Part shown: piece by piece, positions 46,370 through 50,512 of the stretch
How the letters are laid out: the number at the start of each line of letters is the position of its first letter
Position numbering within the stretch: position 1 is the first letter of the stretch
Assembly: GCA_020441125.1 (NCBI GenBank)
Contig: JAGRMT010000119.1
Span: 3,846 to 54,357 of the forward strand
Source: Roseivivax sp.
Lineage (GTDB): Bacteria > Pseudomonadota > Alphaproteobacteria > Rhodobacterales > Rhodobacteraceae
Length of the DNA: 50,512 bases
Reading direction: 5' to 3'
Position numbers and translations under genes: made by a program
Notes under the pieces: generated by a model
What the model saw: the letters and a program-made list of their open reading frames with translations, nothing else
What the model was told of the DNA's origin: nothing
Database searches by the model: none

Positions 46370-47395
46370 ATGCCCGAGCGCGCAACGCCAGCAAAAGGTA
46401 ATTCAGATGTCGAAAGGGCAGCGCGCCTGAGCGTTGCCCCGATGATGGACTGGACAGACCGGCACTGCCGCTTCCTGCATCGGCAGTTGTCGCGGCGCGC
46501 CCTGCTTTACACCGAGATGGTTACCGCACCGGCACTGGTGCGTGGCGGGGCGTTGCACTTGCTGGACTTCGACGAGGCGGAACACCCGGTGGCGCTGCAA
46601 CTGGGCGGTTCGGACCCGGCCGAGCTGGCACAAGCGGCGCGGCTGGGGGCTGCGCGCGGCTATGACGAGATCAACCTCAACGTCGGCTGTCCGTCAGACC
46701 GGGTGCAGTCGGGCACCTTCGGGGCGGTGCTGATGAAGTCACCGGGGCTGGTGGCCGATTGCGTGAAGGCGATGCAGGACGCGGTGGATGTGCCCGTCAC
46801 CGTCAAATGCCGCATCGGAGTCGACGACCAGACGCCCGAAGAGGTGCTGCCCGAGTTCATCGCGCGGGTGGCGGCGACCGGGGTGTCGCGCTTTGCCATC
46901 CACGCGCGCAAGGCCTGGCTTCAAGGGCTGAGCCCGAAGGAAAATCGCGATATCCCGCCGCTCGATTATCCTCTGGTTCAGGCGATGAAGGGGTTGTTCC
47001 CGGCGCTGCATCTGTCGGTGAATGGCGGGATTGCCACGCTGGACGCAGCGATCGCGTTTCTCGACGCCGGGATGGACGGGGCGATGATCGGGCGTGCTGC
47101 CTATCACAGTCCGTGGGATATCCTTGGCCGGGCGGATAGCCGGGTGTTCGGCGTCGCCGACCCGCTGCCCGGGCCCGAGGCCGCGGCCGAGGCGATGCTG
47201 CCCTATATCGCTGCGCATATCGCGGCGGGCGGGCGGCTGCACCAGGTGACCCGGCACATGCTGGGACTGTTCGCCGGCCAGCCCGGGGCGCGGCAATGGC
47301 GGCGCATCCTGTCCGAGGGCGCCCCGCGCGACGGCGCCGGTCCCGAGGTGGTGGAAACAGCTTTGGCCGCCGTGGCGCAGGCGCGGGCGGCATGA
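46370..47395 (+). CDS. dusA: tRNA dihydrouridine(20/20a) synthase DusA
   Basis: SVAPMMDWTDRHCR, LYTEM, QLGGSD, NLNVGCPSDRVQSG, HARKAWLQGLSPKENR. ATG 46370 follows GAGGA. Confidence 0.95.
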   Translation: MPERATPAKGNSDVERAARLSVAPMMDWTDRHCRFLHRQLSRRALLYTEMVTAPALVRGGALHLLDFDEAEHPVALQLGGSDPAELAQAARLGAARGYDEINLNVGCPSDRVQSGTFGAVLMKSPGLVADCVKAMQDAVDVPVTVKCRIGVDDQTPEEVLPEFIARVAATGVSRFAIHARKAWLQGLSPKENRDIPPLDYPLVQAMKGLFPALHLSVNGGIATLDAAIAFLDAGMDGAMIGRAAYHSPWDILGRADSRVFGVADPLPGPEAAAEAMLPYIAAHIAAGGRLHQVTRHMLGLFAGQPGARQWRRILSEGAPRDGAGPEVVETALAAVAQARAA

Positions 47396-48198
47396 CCCCG
47401 GCGCAACGCCGCGCGCTGGCCGAGGAGGGCTATCTGGTCTTTGGCCCCGATCCGGCTACCGCGCGCTGGGCCGCCGCCGCCAACCGTGCCGCGGATGCCG
47501 CGCTGGCCGACCCGGCGCTGCGCGCGCGCTGGCTGGTGTGCGAGGGCACCTGGTTCATCGGCGTCGACGCGCTGCCCAGCGATGCAGCCGGGTCAGTGGC
47601 CGGCGTGCCGCTGGATGGCCCTGCGATCCGCGCGCTTTCACCGCTGCCGCCTCTGCATCCGGCGCAGCTGTCGGTGACCTATCCCGGTTATCCACGCCCG
47701 CGAGCGGGCGAAACCGCTGCCGCGGCGCGCTATCGCCGGCAGCGCGACGGGGCGCACCTGGACGGGCTGAAGACCGAAGGTCCGGAGCGGCGGAGATTTG
47801 CGCGCGAACCGCATGCGTTCATTCTGGGCCTTCCGCTGAACCGGGCCGATTCCGGGGCCAGCCCGCTGGTGATCTGGCCCGGCAGCCCGCGCCACATGCG
47901 CACCGCGCTGGCGCCGGTCCTGGCGAACGGGGACGCGGCGGATGCCGATGTGACAGAGGCCTATGGCGCGGCGCGGGCCGAGGTGTTCGAAACCTGCCCG
48001 CGCGTCGCGCTGCCGCTGGAGCCGGGCATGGCGGTGCTGCTGCATCCGCTGATGCTGCATGGCGTTGCGCTCTGGCAAGAAGGCGCGCGGGCCGATGGCG
48101 GGCGGCGGATCGCGTACTTCCGTCCGCCGGCACCCAGCCTGTCAGCCTTGCTGACCGCCTGGGCCGACGCGGGGGCCGTCACTCCGCCTGCCGCTTGA
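47392..48198 (+). CDS. Hypothetical protein, possible Fe(II)/2-oxoglutarate (PhyH-like) fold
   Basis: ATGA-coupled to dusA. HxD (DGAHLDG), PLVIWPGS, distal His (LMLHGV), R-IAYFRP. Confidence 0.65.
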   Translation: MTPAQRRALAEEGYLVFGPDPATARWAAAANRAADAALADPALRARWLVCEGTWFIGVDALPSDAAGSVAGVPLDGPAIRALSPLPPLHPAQLSVTYPGYPRPRAGETAAAARYRRQRDGAHLDGLKTEGPERRRFAREPHAFILGLPLNRADSGASPLVIWPGSPRHMRTALAPVLANGDAADADVTEAYGAARAEVFETCPRVALPLEPGMAVLLHPLMLHGVALWQEGARADGGRRIAYFRPPAPSLSALLTAWADAGAVTPPAA

Positions 48199-48418
48199 GC
48201 CGGGCGGCACGGCCGCCACGGCGCTGATTCAGCAGGCCGGCACGGGACGGAAGTTCGGCCATTATGGAACGCCGCGCCTCGGGCGACAGGCGCGACCAGG
48301 CGGTGATCTCGTCGATCGAGCGCAAGCAGCCGGTGCACAGGCGCGCCTCGGGGTGCACCACGCAGATCTTGATGCAGGGGCTCTCGATCTCGTCCCGGGT
48401 CCAGATGTCGTCGCTCAT
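48179..48418 (-). CDS. DUF1289 domain protein
   Basis: IESPCIKIC...LCTGCLRSIDEITAW. Confidence 0.88.
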   Translation of the reverse strand: MSDDIWTRDEIESPCIKICVVHPEARLCTGCLRSIDEITAWSRLSPEARRSIMAELPSRAGLLNQRRGGRAARLKRQAE

Positions 48419-48891
48419 GCCGCGCCCCTGATGTGGCGCAGCCGGTCAAGCGCGCCTTGCAGAATGTACCCCGCCGCCACGTGGTCGATGACCTCAGCCC
48501 GCCGCGCGCGCGAGGTATCGGCCTCCAGCAGCGCCCGTTCGGCCGCAACGGTCGACAGCCGCTCGTCCCAGAAGGCGATCGGCCCGTCCCACAGCGCGGC
48601 AAAGTTGCGGGCAAAGGCCCGGGTCGACTGGCAGCGCGGCCCCTCGGTACCGTCCATGTTGCGCGGCAGGCCCAGCACCAGCCCGGCCACCGCGCGCCCG
48701 TCCAGCGCCTGACGCAGCGCGGCGGCATCCTGGGTGAACTTGCTGCGCTTGATCGTATGCAGCGGCGAGGCGACCGATTGCATGGTGTCGGACACCGCCA
48801 CGCCGATGGTCTTGGTGCCCAGGTCCAACCCGGCCAGCGCGCCCAGCCGTGGCACGGCGCGGGCAAAACTTTCGATGTCGTCGCAGATCAC
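48415..48891 (-). CDS. ruvX: Holliday junction resolvase-like RuvX/YqgF (pre-16S rRNA nuclease)
   Basis: [46 protein letters not shown] overlaps the ccmI stop. Confidence 0.93.
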   Translation of the reverse strand: MICDDIESFARAVPRLGALAGLDLGTKTIGVAVSDTMQSVASPLHTIKRSKFTQDAAALRQALDGRAVAGLVLGLPRNMDGTEGPRCQSTRAFARNFAALWDGPIAFWDERLSTVAAERALLEADTSRARRAEVIDHVAAGYILQGALDRLRHIRGAA

Positions 48892-50117
48892 TCCGCCACC
48901 CCTGCCTGTTCGGCGGCGGCGCGGATCGTGGCCAGCGCGTCGTCCTTGCCGGCAAATACCGTTTGCGCCTCGGCCCAGATCGTCTTGGCGCGGTCGGTAT
49001 CGCCCAGAACCCCCAGCGCGCCGATCAGGCGGGCCCATTCCTCGGGCGTGCCACCTTCCGAGGCAAGCCGGTCCGACAGCCGGTCGACCATGCCGCGGAT
49101 CATCGCCTGGCGATCCTCGTCAGACATCTCGGCGGCATTGGCCATATCGGCCTGGCTTGGCCCCGGCAGCGCCTGCTCTGGCGGCAGCTGGAAGCGGTGC
49201 TCGCCCGCGCGCCATGCCAGTTCTTCGATCTGTTCGCGGATCGGGCCCATCCACGGCGCATCCGCGGGCCCCTCGGTCAGCAGTGCGCGCCACAACGAGA
49301 AGGCCACGTCCGGCCGGCCGATCTGCGCCATCATCAGCCCGCCGTAATAGCGCGCGGTGCCGTTCTGGGCATCGCGCGACAGGGCCGCGTCCAGCGCCCG
49401 CTCGGCCTCGGGCGAGACATAGCCGCCCGCCGCGATCACCAGCGCGCCGGCCAGGTCGGCGTAGTCCTGCGCCGTGGCGGCGTCGCCCTTGATTGCCAGG
49501 ATACGCTCCTGCGCCTTGTAGGCGGCGGCGTAGTTGCCCAGCGCGGTTTCCGCCCGCGCCAGCAGCATGTGACCCTGCAAATCGTCCGGCCGGTTCGCCA
49601 CCGCGCTCCGCAGCCGCTCCACAAGCGCGGTGTATTCCGCCGGCGCATCCGCCGCCTTGGCGGCGGGCACCGATGCCTCGGCCTCGGCCTGGCTGGGGCG
49701 CGATTGGCGCCGTTCGGCGGCCATCGCGATGCGGTCCTTCAGCGACAGATCGCCATAACCCGGCGCGCCGAGAAACCAGTAAAGCCCGAAACTGCCCGCG
49801 ATCATCACCAGCCCGCTGACCACCGCGGTCCACAGGCCGGGCCCGCGCCGAGCCGGGGCCTCGCCGCCCTGGGCGCGCATCGCGGAATCGGCTGCCAGGA
49901 TTCGGCGCGAGATTTCGGTGCGGACCCGTTCTGCGTCGCCCGCCTCGATCACGCCGCGCGCCAGGTCGCGTTCGACGTCCTTCAGCTGGTCCCGGTATAC
50001 CTGAATGTCGAAGGCCTGTGCCGGCCCGGTGTCGCGTCGCCCGCGCAGCAGCGCCCGCGCCAGCAGCAGCGCGACGGCAAGCGACAGGGCAGCGGTTACG
50101 ATCCAGAACAGGGTCAT
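48888..50117 (-). CDS. ccmI: c-type cytochrome biogenesis protein CcmI (CycH)
   Basis: N-terminal TM, VYRDQL[10 protein letters not shown], [16 protein letters not shown] region, MIRGMV-x-x-L-x-x-RL. Confidence 0.9.
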   Translation of the reverse strand: MTLFWIVTAALSLAVALLLARALLRGRRDTGPAQAFDIQVYRDQLKDVERDLARGVIEAGDAERVRTEISRRILAADSAMRAQGGEAPARRGPGLWTAVVSGLVMIAGSFGLYWFLGAPGYGDLSLKDRIAMAAERRQSRPSQAEAEASVPAAKAADAPAEYTALVERLRSAVANRPDDLQGHMLLARAETALGNYAAAYKAQERILAIKGDAATAQDYADLAGALVIAAGGYVSPEAERALDAALSRDAQNGTARYYGGLMMAQIGRPDVAFSLWRALLTEGPADAPWMGPIREQIEELAWRAGEHRFQLPPEQALPGPSQADMANAAEMSDEDRQAMIRGMVDRLSDRLASEGGTPEEWARLIGALGVLGDTDRAKTIWAEAQTVFAGKDDALATIRAAAEQAGVAE

Positions 50118-50297
50118 CGGGCCTCCAAAGTCATATTCGCGTTTCATGTATCGTCGCCGGCGCATCGAAAAAAGGGCCAATCGCGACAAAGACGCGCCAT
50201 GTCGCAACTGGGGGCCATTGTGACGGTTGTGATCGTGGGGCAATCTCGAATGCGCGCCAGAACGGGCGCAGGCCCAGGGGGCAGAAGGTCAGACGCC

Positions 50298-50512
50298 ATG
50301 AGACGCTATTCCGTTTTCGCCGTCGCGCGCGAGGCAGCGCGATATCACACCGGCTGGGGCCGGGCCTGGGCACGCCGCGCGCCCAAGGCGCATTACGACG
50401 TGGTCATCGTCGGCGCCGGGGGCCACGGGCTGGCCACGGCCTATTACCTGGGCAAGCGCTTCGGCATCACCAATGTCGCGATTATCGAGAAGGGCTGGCT
50501 GGGCGGCGGCAA
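50298..50512 (+). CDS. soxB: Sarcosine oxidase subunit beta, 3' partial
   Basis: Hand translation: [13 protein letters not shown]...[40 protein letters not shown]. It runs off the window and is not in the supplied ORF track. Confidence 0.9.
   Translation, partial: MRRYSVFAVAREAARYHTGWGRAWARRAPKAHYDVVIVGAGGHGLATAYYLGKRFGITNVAIIEKGWLGGG

Noticed and set aside
1-50512. tRNA, rRNA, CRISPR array, transposase or phage genes
   Set aside because: None recognisable by eye. Intergenic spaces are short and lack regular repeats. A covariance-model scan would be needed to exclude small ncRNAs.

Overview
GC-rich alphaproteobacterial chromosome window, Rhodobacteraceae-like by the gene order at the right end (dusA, hypothetical, DUF1289, ruvX, ccmI, soxB). 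The ~46 kb upstream of dusA is accessory catabolic DNA in three parts. (1) About 1-24.3 kb is a hydroaromatic/cyclohexane-carboxylate-type cluster: three KstD-like FAD desaturases, two NIPSNAP proteins, a divergent shikimate dehydrogenase, a type II dehydroquinase with altered substrate residues, SDRs, an acyl-CoA dehydrogenase, a YdiF-like CoA transferase, TRAP and Liv-type ABC transporters, and IclR and AraC regulators. Three copies of a 21-bp-period GTCCAA...TCCATT motif link its operons. An XRE-GNAT-DMT module and a cysteine synthase-like gene interrupt it. (2) About 24.4-30 kb holds a decayed di-heme peroxidase pseudogene beside an intact YtkA-like gene, an MFS/DUF2798/LysR module and a DUF4386 gene. 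(3) About 30.1-46 kb is a sugar/cyclitol-type dehydrogenase and ABC cluster ending in maleylacetate reductase and hydroxyquinol 1,2-dioxygenase, with no ring-hydroxylating oxygenase. It includes an unusual winged-helix/solute-binding-protein fusion and a fused ATPase-permease. I saw no rRNA, tRNA, CRISPR array, intact transposase or integrase. All product calls come from motif recognition by eye, not database searches.
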